DNA of 43,172 nucleotides from Octopus bimaculoides. Its lineage: Eukaryota. Location of the stretch: assembly GCF_001194135.2 (NCBI RefSeq), contig NC_068990.1, forward strand, positions 89,471,645 to 89,514,816. The letters are read 5' to 3'. The position numbers and the translations under genes were made by a program. Under the pieces are notes generated by a model that did not search any database, was not told the DNA's origin, and was given only the letters and a program-made list of their open reading frames with translations. Each line of letters starts with the position of its first letter. The stretch's first letter is position 1. This document shows, one piece after another, positions 1 through 10,000 of this stretch.

Positions 1-32
<32 letters not shown>

Positions 33-382
33 GTATATATATATAATCGAATCCTGGTAAAAATCCACGAAAATGTATGAAAAGCTACAGGATGGCTAAG
101 TCCAGCAAAATAATATTTGAAGAATATGTGAGGCTTCGTTTTAGAGAGGAAGGGTATCAGCTATTCACGAGCTCATATTTGGCTCTCCGGGTCCAGAACA
201 CCGATCTACAGGCTCAAGCATTCTCATGGACACTGCATACGCACGTACGTAAATATATACATAAGGACGTACACACATACATACACATGCATGCACACGC
301 ACGCACGCACACCTGTATATATATATATATATATATTTATATGTGTGCGCGTAACCATTTATATATTTGCTTCATTTTGCAG

Positions 383-430
383 GCAGCAACACAATTACTA
401 CGACTAAAGAGCCTAAGATTTCGAACACTG
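383..430 (+). CDS. 48-nt phase 1-1 micro-exon encoding a Thr-rich linker (GSNTITTTKEPKISNT) upstream of the SRCR domain
   Basis: Pyrimidine tract TTCATTTTGCAG acceptor (AG 381-382) and GTATGT donor (431-436). The exon is 2+45+1 nt with no stop, and its terminal G joins GA of the exon at 1401 to give in-frame Gly. Confidence 0.75.
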
Positions 431-437
431 GTATGTA

Positions 438-487
438 TTCTTCTTCTTCTTCTTCTTCTTCTTCTTCTTCTTCTTCTTCTTCTTCTT
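438..487 (+). repeat. (TTC)n microsatellite immediately after the micro-exon donor
   Basis: Direct reading. Confidence 0.95.
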
Positions 488-1400
488 TTTGTATTTGACT
501 CTTTTTTGAAGATGTTTTTTTTTTAAAAACTTTCCGTTTGCAATACGTTTTATTCAAGTATAACGAAACGAAATTTTCTCAGAAGTACCTGTAACCTGAA
601 CTATAATTGCTTTAAGAAATAAAAAATGAGATTTCTTTCACAAAGTTTTAAAATTTTGTTTAGACGCTACTTTTTCACATCCAAAATGGCTACCACACAT
701 AACAATGCAATACGACAGAGCACTATAATAGCTAATAAATCGACTCGAAGTCAAGGAACACAACTAAATATACAAGAGGGAAAAGAAAATGAACGGAATA
801 GTGAACGATTAATAAAAGTGCCAAATATGCAAACGAGAGATTTGGAAGACATCGACTGTAATAATAACAACAATAGCTATAGCACTCCTTACACGTTTCC
901 AAATATTGTGGTCCGTCCATGTAACGGCTGTGTGAAGGCAATAATTCCTTTAGTATTAAAAAAAGAGATTAAATTGATTAAATTTACTCTCACATCAACC
1001 AGTAAAACAACCTCTCCTGGATATTACGAAACAAATCATCTCAATTGTGGCACTTTGTGTTGCACCAAAGATGCACGAAAACCTGAAATTGTCATTCCCC
1101 TCACTATACATGATCTTACACTCTTCGTTTCTTTTGTCCCCTATCATCATGTCTGCTCTCCTTTTACATGTGCTGTTGCAAGTATTCAGACCAAATCTCC
1201 AATCTGGTTGCTATCTATGATTCATAGTGACCATCTCTCATTTTCTCCTTGTAACGATGATACTGTATTTCCTCCTCTAAGTCACACATCAGATTATTTC
1301 AGTTTGCCTCTATCCCTTGTTTTAATTATTATTTTCCATGTTATTCAGTATTCTTCTTCAATAATAATTCAATTTATTTTTTCTTAATTTTAAACACTAG

Positions 1401-1548
1401 GAAATGGTTCAGGAATACGACTAGTTGGAGGTGACAACAATACCTATGGCCGTGTTGAAGTGTTCCATGAAGGAAGATGGGGCACTATCTGTAATGACTG
1501 GTGGGATGAACGAAATGCTATCGTGGTGTGCCGCATGATCGGATTTAG
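1401..1548 (+). CDS. SRCR domain exon A (N-terminal half): [48 protein letters not shown]
   Basis: AG at 1399-1400 after a T-rich tract and GTAAG donor at 1549. Contains canonical SRCR motifs RLVGG, GRVEV..W GTIC and VVCRM.GF. Phase 1 start, phase 2 end. Not in the ORF track. Confidence 0.95.
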
Positions 1549-1811
1549 GTAAGATTGTTGATAACGATGTCTAGCAACGCGTGTGCTGGTGATTATTGTG
1601 ATGGGGTTGAGTGTTGTTTAAAATGGCGTTTATGTTGGTGGTGTCAGAGTGATATAGGGATTGATATACTTACAGGATTCTACCTTCATCGCTTACTCCA
1701 AAGAGCCTAATAACGCTTGTGTATATTTCTGTGATGATAATGATTACATAGTGAAAAGAAAAATCCCCTCAAAATGTGAGAAAATACGAAATATAAATGG
1801 AAACAAAACTA

Positions 1812-1941
1812 AACTAGAAAAGCACTCGGAGAGCGCAGATCTCCGCCAAGCAGTTCATGTCCACCCATATACACGCATGCTGAAAATCGCCCAATTTCCC
1901 AAACCTACGCCGGCAAAAGCATAACCTCCTTGGCGGGGGTA
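1812..1941 (+). mobile_element. Short Helentron/HINE (DINE-1-like) non-autonomous element
   Basis: Sub-terminal inverted repeat CTCCGCCAAG (1841-1850) versus CTTGGCGGGG (1929-1938), with 3' end CATAACCTCCTTGGCGGGGGTAA. Classification is from recalled architecture. Confidence 0.55.
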
Positions 1942-2239
1942 AAAAGGAAATAACACAGCCATATGATTTTTAAAAAAACCCTTTAAAAACATGAATCATC
2001 TGAAGCAGTTATAATACATCAATGACAACAAGCTAGTTTCACCATACAACCTAAAAGAAACAATAATTACCTAAAACTTGAGTGATAGACATACAAGTAA
2101 AATTACTAATAGAGAAACGAAAATAAACATTGGAAACAGCAGCGCCACCATAGGTTACGTGGAAACGACGAACGTGTTTTCAAGGGAGATAATCAAAGAA
2201 CGTAACAATACTTCATGTGAAGTAAATATAACAAATGAA

Positions 2240-2432
2240 AAATCCTTCAAGAATCATAAAAATTCCCAGATCACTACCAAAATTTCATCATCTGTTTCTT
2301 GTGTCATTACCAACTTTTTTTGCAAGTTTCATCAAAAACCGTTCTCAACTTTTTGAGTTATTTTGCACAAAGGTGGACAGACGGACAAACCAACACCGAT
2401 GGAAACATAACCTCCTTCCTTGGTGGAGGTAA
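2240..2432 (+). mobile_element. Second HINE-like element 3' portion
   Basis: Ends CATAACCTCCTTCCTTGGTGGAGGTAA, the same terminus as 1812-1941, with an ACCTCC/GGAGGT stem and GACAGACGGACA tetranucleotide remnants upstream. Confidence 0.55.
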
Positions 2433-3471
2433 TAAGGATGATTCAAACAGAAGATCATACGTAAACAACCACTTGAATATTTTCTAAACTAAAAAAAAAA
2501 AAAGAAAGAAAAAAAAAACCAAGCAGACAGTAGAAGTTATTAATATGAAGACAAAACAAATGAAGAAAATAATGAACAAAATATAAATATAATTCAAGTG
2601 GAATGTCAAATAAAATAAAGAAACAATCCTTTTCTAGAAATAATAGATTTCTAAATCTCTCAGAGAAATTTATGCATTAACAGCACAATAAAGTGATAGC
2701 ATGTTGTCAAATTAATACCAGTAATATTAGAGATACCAAGCTCAATTTTTCAAACTTACACCCAGATTTGACTACAGCTACAGATAAACACGGAGACCAT
2801 ATAAAGACTTAATACTTTATAAATATATTACAGTTTGTCAGTAATAGTGTTATAGATTTTCAACATGCCGATTATGGGTTCATTATTTTTAGGTTAGCGA
2901 AATTGATAAAGGAGTGTTATGCAACTCGAACAAAACAAATACCACAATACGATTGTTGTTCGAAAGCAGCGGATTAGGGCTAAGTGTAATATCACGTTAG
3001 TACATCAAAAATATATTGCAATTTGTCAACAATATTGTTATTTGTTTATAAGTTTTCAACACTTGTTCATTGTATTTAGGATGGTTATAGTGACAAAAGT
3101 GTGTTGTACAACCCTGTCAAGACAAATATTACAAAGCATTTGTTGTTTGAAAGTGGGATACTCGTACATTATAAATAAATTTCGTTTCTGAATGACAAAG
3201 GGGAAAAGCAACCTTACAACAAAACTGAATATTGTTAAAAATGAAAAATATATACACACTCTATAGTAGCTACAATTAACAATATACGACTGAAACACTA
3301 AAATATTGCAGAAGAATCCCCCCACTAAAGAAATACAATGTTAAAACTTTCAAAAAATATTCCAGTATCTGCAGATTATGAATTACAGGTTGGCTGATTC
3401 TACTAGCCGACACATGAAGTACCAAGAGATTCGACTCGAATAAACCAAGTCAAAATTTAAGCTAGATGCTG

Positions 3472-3648
3472 ATTGAGAGATATGAACTATTTGCATAGGA
3501 GATAAAGCGTTTGTGGGCAATGAAAAAGGTTGAGGCAGTCCCACTTGCAGTCGGAGCACTTGGTACTGTATGCACCAGAAATGAAAATTACTTTTAAAAA
3601 ATTAGGGAAATATCAGAGTGGAACATAACACCCCTTGAAACTGCTAGG
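3472..3648 (+). mobile_element. R4/Dong-type LINE 3' fragment (REL endonuclease end) in the SRCR intron
   Basis: Translates IERYELFA*EIKRLWAMKKVEAVPLAVGALGTVC...ETAR, matching the EIKRLW / P..VGALGT / GTAR C-terminal motifs. Confidence 0.75.
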
Positions 3649-3825
3649 GAGGAGATATGTCGATTATTTTGACTCCAGTGCTTGACCGGTACTTATTTTA
3701 TCGACCCTGAAAGAGAGAAAGGCAAAGCCAAGATCAGCAGAATTTGAACTCTGAACATAAAGCTGGACAAAATGCCGCGAAGCATTTTGTCCGACGTGCT
3801 AACGATTCTGCCAGCTCGCCGCCTT
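3649..3825 (-). mobile_element. tRNA-derived SINE, family A
   Basis: Reverse complement begins AAGGCGGCGAGCTGGCAGAATCGTTAGCACG with B-box GAGTTCAAATTC; near-identical to copies at 11331, 17599 and 37423. Confidence 0.9.
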
Positions 3826-3834
3826 TCACTTGGC

Positions 3835-3995
3835 TTCAAAGTTTGACACAAGGCCAGCAATTTAAGAGGGAGGTGTAAGTTTATTACATCGACGCCAGCG
3901 CTCAACTGATACCTATTTCACTGACTCCAAAAGAACTAAAGGCAAAGCTTACTTTGGTGGAATTTGAACTCGGAGCATAAAGACCGACAAAATAC
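3835..3995 (-). mobile_element. SINE family A, 5'-truncated tandem copy
   Basis: Contains CACAAGGCCAGCAATTT tail segment, AAAGGCAAAG and GAATTTGAACTC. Confidence 0.8.
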
Positions 3996-4164
3996 CAGAC
4001 GCAGAGAGAAACCATGAGTTACAAATCAAATGAAAAATTAGATGCTGAGTATAGAAGATCTTACACAAAAAGCTACTTGAGTAATGTTTAAATAGAATGT
4101 TTAGAGAAGCTAAGAAGGTTATGAACAAAGAAGTAACTACTATGCATTAATACTAATTGCTTCT

Positions 4165-4350
4165 GATTTAGGTACTAGCAATTTTGAGGGGAAGGGATTA
4201 TTTGATACCATCTATTCGAGAACTTGACTATTACTTTATTTTGTTGACCCCGAAAAGATGAAAAGCAAAGTTGACCCCAGCTGGGTTTGAACCCAGACTA
4301 TAAAAAATTGGAACAAAGCTGCAAAGCAGTTTTCCGTGCTTTTACGACTC
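4165..4350 (-). mobile_element. SINE family A, diverged copy
   Basis: GACCCCGAAAAGATGAAAAGCAAAGTTGACC and TTTGAACCCAG match the family core. Confidence 0.7.
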
Positions 4351-4636
4351 TGTACCAGGAAATAACAATGCTAGGAATTGTAGAGATTATGAAATCAGTC
4401 TCACACTAAATTTGTTAAACATTTTTATGCATGTTTCCCGGATAATCCGACCAATTTTTGACGTAAGAGAAGAAGCTCTTCATGTATTTATGAAACTACG
4501 AATGATAACATAGTCTTGATGTGTTATCTATGAAACTACGTATACTAAAAGCAACAATAAAATTCACGATAAAGCTAATAAATATTGCTTTATGTTTTCT
4601 TCTTACCATAGTTCTATTTTTCTTCTCTAAATTCAG

Positions 4637-4796
4637 TACTGGCAAGCCGTATAAGCCTACGCCTGGAAACGGTCCTATATGGTTAGATGACGTGAAATGT
4701 AAAGGAGACGAAGAAAACATATCCGAGTGTGCCAGGAAAAACTGGGGTGATCACGACTGCTTCCACAACGAAGATGCCGGTGTTATATGTCAGTAA
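4637..4796 (+). CDS. SRCR domain exon B (C-terminal half, probable last coding exon): (S)TGKPYKPTPGNGPIWLDDVKCKGDEENISECARKNWGDHDCFHNEDAGVICQ*
   Basis: TTCTTCTCTAAATTCAG acceptor (AG 4635-4636). AG+T across the intron gives Ser in frame. Contains G.GPIWLDDV.C.G.E, C...WG.HDC.H.EDAGVIC motifs and TAA at 4794-4796. Six Cys over the two exons indicate group A SRCR. Confidence 0.95.
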
Positions 4797-4903
4797 AATA
4801 ATTTCAAAATGGTTTTTCCCATTATGGTTATTAAAATATTTATTAAAAGTAATATAAATAGATAAACATGCATGGATAAACGTATTATAACATTTTAATG
4901 GCG

Positions 4904-4909
4904 AATAAA
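4904..4909 (+). promoter_or_regulatory. Candidate polyadenylation signal of the SRCR gene
   Basis: AATAAA about 107 nt after the stop codon; ATTAAA also at 4830-4835. The DNA is AT-rich, so a chance match is possible. Confidence 0.35.
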
Positions 4910-4994
4910 ATATATTTACTCTGCTCATTTCAGTTCTCTATTCAGACAATTCCATTGCTTGTTAGAAAGGCATTAACGCCATAACTGTACATTC

Positions 4995-5130
4995 ATGTTG
5001 GCGTTGGAGAGGGGAGGCCGGTATGCATGGGCGACTACTGGTCTCCCATAAACAACCTTTGTGGACTTGTGCTTCGGAGGGTAACTTTTTAAGTGCAATC
5101 CCATGGTCATTCGTGACCGAAGGAGGTCTC
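4995..5130 (-). mobile_element. GC-rich fragment resembling the 5' end of an RTE-related element
   Basis: GC-rich island in AT-rich DNA with several helices; similarity to an octopus repeat is from recall only. Confidence 0.4.
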
Positions 5131-5875
5131 CGATGGTTGATCGATGTGGAAGGAAGATCGAGCTGAGAACGGAGCACAGATATTAAAACAAAATATTCGC
5201 TGCATGGTTGGCGTATTAAAGCTGTCCTGTTCTTACGTGATTGGCGGAATATATGTAGATTCAGGATAAATATCAATCGCATTGATAACATCAGGATTAG
5301 CGAAGCTTATGGGTGCGCCACCTTCCTCATTACGAACCATTAAAGTTAAAATTCATAATCTTGACAAAGAAGTCGTTGAGTTTCAAGCATTGAACCATTT
5401 GAACTCCACGGCAGCACATCATTTTAGCTTTCTATCGTAAATAATATCAAATGTACTGTGTTCGACTTTATTACAATGTCTTGTTGGGAATATTTCACCA
5501 ATATTCTTTGTGTTGGAAGAATGCATATATTCAAGATCAGAAGTAGTTTAATATTTATCCTTGGGTATTGTATAATATTTTAGCAGTAATGTTATATCGC
5601 AAAAGAAACTAATATCTTTATGTGATTTTAAGCAGCCGAATCGTATATGTAATATATTTCAAAGAAATGCGCAATATATTCTATAGAAATGGAGCGTAAT
5701 CGACACATTCAATCATATTTTGTGGTTAAATAGGCGTCACTGCATATATTTTTCAATATATTTAATAGCTTATGCTAGAATTTGTATTGTAAATGCGTAA
5801 CTTTGAAGACATGGTGTGATGGGATGTAAGGGCTAGGAGTTCAAAAGACGACAACCTTTTCGACGATTTATTCAT

Positions 5876-5958
5876 TTGCATGCATGTATGTATTTATGTA
5901 TGTATGCATGCATGTATGTATGCATGTATGTATGTATGTATTTATTTATGCATGTATG
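5876..5958 (+). repeat. (ATGT/ATGC)n tetranucleotide microsatellite
   Basis: Direct reading. Confidence 0.9.
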
Positions 5959-5980
5959 TTTTGTACACACACAAACACAT

Positions 5981-6066
5981 GGTGCAGATGCGGCTTTGGT
6001 AAGAAGTTTGCATCCCAACTGCGTTGCTCCGGGTTCAGTCTTACCGCGTAGCTCCTTCTGTAAGTA
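5981..6066 (+). mobile_element. tRNA-derived SINE family B, head fragment
   Basis: GGTGCAGATGCGGCTTTGGTAAGAAG...CCGGGTTCAGTC resembles heads at 31206 and 26855 and carries a B-box-like GGTTCAGTC. Confidence 0.65.
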
Positions 6067-6081
6067 TATTCTTTTATAAAG

Positions 6082-6990
6082 TTAATTTTCACCGGCCACC
6101 TGCATGGTAGCAAGGTTGTGAAGAAAAGATTCTTGTTTTGTTCATCATCCTTTAATCCTTCGGATGGTCTTTCAGATTTTTATTATCCCAGATATCGTGA
6201 TCATTTCTAGTTTATAAATTACGGAGTTGTGTTCTCTCTCCAAGAACCTAATTTCAGCAACACTTTTCCCCTAACGGGTTGGCATGCACCATGTTGCTCT
6301 AAAGATAGTATGTATGAAGCTGAAAATGCATCTTGGGGACTAGATTTGCACGCTCCTCATCAATGGTCCATCTATATTCTATTTCTCTTGTATTTTTCTA
6401 ACTGAATAGGTGCCCAGTGGGTAGCTGATTTCCACAAAAGCGCTTATGTTTCACTCGTGGTCCTACACAATAATATCTGAGCAGCTGTGTTTCAATTTCG
6501 TGGTCGTTTTAATTTCCAAGTTCCACCGCCGATATTCTTTTGATCCACTGATCCCAACGTACTCAACTTTGTCGGACTTTTTTGTCTTTTGGTGGATCCT
6601 GTTCCAGATTGTTCTCGCCACCGCATCATGCTTCATGGGAAGATAATATCTGGAAGACATTCTCTCGCAGATGGCAATAATGGGGATGGTGTCTTCAGTT
6701 TTGGTTTTGCACAGTCTGCATTTGTTATCTATTAGTATTTTCAACCTTTTAAGCTGTTAGTACTCGGTAGGGAACTTTTGTTCTTGGATTGCTTGGCGGT
6801 AACCTTCAAAGCGTGATATTATAAACATGTTGTTACTCCTTACCAAGCTTTTGATATCATTTTCTTGAGTTTTTCGGGCCAAGTACCCACGCACTATCCC
6901 TCCAGTACACTGGCCCAGTTTCAATTTTATGTATGTGTATATATGTATTTTCGTATCTATTTGTATCAAACCTCTAACTACCTCATCAAC
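6082..6990 (-). mobile_element. R4/Dong-type LINE 3' fragment (CCHC knuckle, REL region, 3' UTR)
   Basis: ORF-track peptides ...FEGYRQAIQEQ and CRLCKTKTEDTIPIIAIC...RYYLPMKHDAVART...W...KLKHSCSDIIV, followed by VEISYP-like residues. Frameshifted. Confidence 0.85.
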
Positions 6991-7032
6991 ATCTTTAATG
7001 GCGACGTAGAAATTAAAACATAAAGCCTACTG

Positions 7033-7470
7033 TGCATTGTTATCACTGCAAATAATTACATATCTTACTGCGAAATATTGTCGTTACTTCCTATAATCAC
7101 AGAGTGAGGCAAATTGTCATCGTTGTAGATTGCGGTGAATTACTGTCATCACTATAAATATTAATTATGCGAACCTTCTGCGAAATATAGCTGTCACTGC
7201 AAATAACCACATAACGTGATATATTGCCATCGCTGGAGACTACGGTGAAATACTGTCATCATTGTAATAATTGTACGAACCTTCCGTGAAATATTGTTTC
7301 AACTTAAGCAATCGCGCAGCCTGCTGTGAAATATTATCATGATAGTAAACAATCATACAAGCTCTGGATTATTGTTATCCTCCTAAGCAATCACATAAAT
7401 ATTGTTGCCGAAGTAAAAGATCACACAAACAGTGGAAATATTGCCATCATAATAAACGATCACATAAAAT
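7033..7470 (+). repeat. Degenerate minisatellite, about 12 units of 29-45 bp with core GAAATATTGTCATC
   Basis: Core starts near 7033, 7072, 7108, 7137, 7182, 7218, 7247, 7288, 7328, 7366, 7396 and 7435. Confidence 0.75.
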
Positions 7471-7769
7471 TTGACTGTAAAGATCTCACTACGTGGTTGC
7501 TCGAGCTGCTAGAATTAACAACCAAATCCTACAATCTTAAACCGAGCAGACACATGCAGTAATATATATATTCTGTCGGCTAAAATAGACAGGATGGTCA
7601 AGACTACCGATTATAGTTCGACTTGATTAGGACGACTGATCCAGAAATAAGTAGCAAGGACAATAAGCGAAGTAGTCCTAAAAGTGGACATCCGCTGAAC
7701 CGGAAATAGTGGCCAAAATATCCTTCAAGCCGGCTTAAACAATCAGGAGACCATTAGATAATGCAATCC

Positions 7770-8745
7770 CTCCTCCTCACCGTCATCGTCATCGTCCTCT
7801 TCCTCGCCCTCCTCCCCTCTCCTTCTCGTCTTCGTCCTCGTCCTCGTCCTCGTCGTCCTCCTCGTCCTCCTCCTCCTCGTCGTCCTCCTCGTCGTCCTTC
7901 TCATTTTCNNNNNNNNNNNNNNNNNNNNNNNNNNNNNNNNNNNNNNNNNNNNNNNNNNNNNNNNNNNNNNNNNNNNNNNNNNNNNNNNNNNNNNNNNNNN
8001 NNNNNNNNNNNNNNNNNNNNNNNNNNNNNNNNNNNNNNNNNNNNNNNNNNNNNNNNNNNNNNNNNNNNNNNNNNNNNNNNNNNNNNNNNNNNNNNNNNNN
8101 NNNNNNNNNNNNNNNNNNNNNNNNNNNNNNNNNNNNNNNNNNNNNNNNNNNNNNNNNNNNNNNNNNNNNNNNNNNNNNNNNNNNNNNNNNNNNNNNNNNN
8201 NNNNNNCCCACCTCCTCTATTCCTCCATTTCTTCTTTCTCCTCCTTTCCTCCTTCTTCTCGTCCTCTTCCACCTCCTCCTCCACTTCTTCTTCCTCCTCC
8301 TCCACTTCTTCTTCCTCCTCCTCCACTTCTTCTTCCTCCTCCTCCACTTCTTCCTCCTCCTCCACTTCTTCTTCCTCTTCCTCCTCCTCCACTTCTTCCT
8401 CTTCCTCCACTTCTTCCATTCCTCCTTTTCCTCCACTTCTTCCCTTCCTCCTCCTCCTCCGCCTCTTCCTCCGCCTCTTCCTTCGCCTCTTCCTCCGCCT
8501 CTTCCTCCGCCTCTTCCTCCACTTCTTCCCTTCCTCCTCCTCCTTCTCCTCCTCCTACTTCTTCTTCTTCATCTTCTTCTTCTTCTTCTTCTTCATCTTC
8601 TTCTTCTTCTTCTTCTTCTTCTCCGCCTCCTCCTCCTCCTCCTCCTCCTCCTTCTCGTCCTCCTCGTCGTCGTCGTCGTCCTCCTCCTCCTCCTCCTCCT
8701 TCCTCCTCCTCATATCGTCGTCGTCGTCGTCGTCGTCGTCATCAT
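7770..8745 (+). repeat. ~1 kb polypyrimidine triplet tract (TCC/TTC/TCG) containing an assembly gap
   Basis: Almost purely C/T on the + strand with occasional G/A; N-gap 7909-8206. Confidence 0.95.
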
Positions 8746-9358
8746 CAACAGCAGCAATAACATATACTTTATAACTACTCCCATGCCATCAGATTGTTCC
8801 TGATCTCAAATGATTACCAACGTACAGCAATCATCCCAGCCAAGAAAAACGGGGCATCCACCATCACCACCACTGCTACTACTTGCTGTCAGAAGGTGTG
8901 TAAATTATTTGTCTAACTAAATCCACAACACAGAGCATTAATTAACTCATTTAAAGTATTTGAAATCGCTATATAATTGTGAAGATTTGCGATATTGTAT
9001 AGGGGAAAATGATAAATTGCCTAATGAAGTGGTAGTTTATGTTTAATTAGTGTTGGAGGCTAATATCTGTATTATTAATGAGGTCTATAGATTTACGTAA
9101 GCGTGTATCCTTCTCTCAAGTATTCTGTATTTGTCTGCAAAACCGAACCCTGACACAAACAATGGCTTACGTTTCTCAGGGGACACACTGGAAGTTTTCT
9201 TCATGTCTCTTGGTGTCTGAAATTGTTTTCTCTACTTAGCGGGAGGAAAACAAAGCGAAAATAATATTAGCTAGTAATTAATTATCGTTTATTTTTAATC
9301 AGCTCATATAAGTATATATATATATTTTAGTATTCTATATACGAAACGTGTGAAGGCT

Positions 9359-9359
9359 A

Positions 9360-9438
<79 letters not shown>
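9359..9438 (+). repeat. (TCTA)n microsatellite
   Basis: Direct reading. Confidence 0.95.
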
Positions 9439-9439
<1 letters not shown>

Positions 9440-10000
9440 GTGGCGGAGTTGGCGAACGCGTACATCGCATTCGTCATCGATTACCGTCTGACCGTCGGGT
9501 ATTGTCCCGGCCCTACCATCACCAAACTGGAACGCATTCTCTTCCACTTCTTGTGGAAGTGTTCCGATGGTTAGGCGATCCATTTGCTGTCAAAACCCGC
9601 TAAATGGAAGGCTAGGCATGCCGTGGTTGATGATGCGCAGATATGTGCTGAGACTGCAACATTTCCGGTGCTTCATAGACGACGGTGAACAGGTGTGGTC
9701 GTCGTTTGTGCGGCGCGCTTTCCCGCAGCTCGTCTCCTTAGCCGAACTGCAGTCGTGGATTAAACAGAGACCTAGGCTCGGCGAATGGCACCGCGAGTGT
9801 CGCGTTGCTCTCAAGCAACTCTGCCGTCCGGGATCAAACCTGTGCGACTTCATTACAACAAAGGCGTTCTATAGAGGATTAGTGGAGGGGAGGTGCGACG
9901 ACGTTCTCGAGCAGAATCTAGGCGTCAACGAGGAACACATGACCCACCTGTTCAGGACAACTTTTGGGCCGGGACCTATGGACAATCACCAGAGATCCCT
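9440..10000 (+). mobile_element. L1/Tx1-type LINE ORF2 fragment (post-RT region)
   Basis: Translates ELANAYIAFVIDYRL...KLERILFHFLWK / VRRSICCQNPLNGRLGMP...FYRGLVEGR...MDNHQRSL, with a P..GGLG.P-like motif. Confidence 0.85.

Noticed and set aside
77-526. 149-aa ORF with a C-terminal poly-Leu 'transmembrane' segment
   Set aside because: The poly-Leu is the (TTC)n microsatellite and the middle is (CA)/(TA) repeat; the real micro-exon inside it uses another frame.
4791-4798. Possible donor CA|GTAAAA that would extend the SRCR gene past the stop
   Set aside because: Weak donor, no downstream exon found, and an in-frame TAA plus AATAAA fit a terminal exon better; not strictly excluded.
5040-5095. 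Twister ribozyme (CACAAGTCC on the minus strand resembles the P4/L4 core)
   Set aside because: P4 pairing is imperfect and the downstream P2/L1 GAG-GG elements are missing; kept only as a generic structured-RNA candidate.
7033-7470. CRISPR-like repeat-spacer appearance
   Set aside because: Eukaryotic context, degenerate cores, spacers related to one another, no cas genes; treated as a minisatellite.
7761-8774. Long Ser/Pro-, Glu- or Arg/Lys-rich ORFs
   Set aside because: Products of triplet repeats spanning an N-gap; no splice or domain support.
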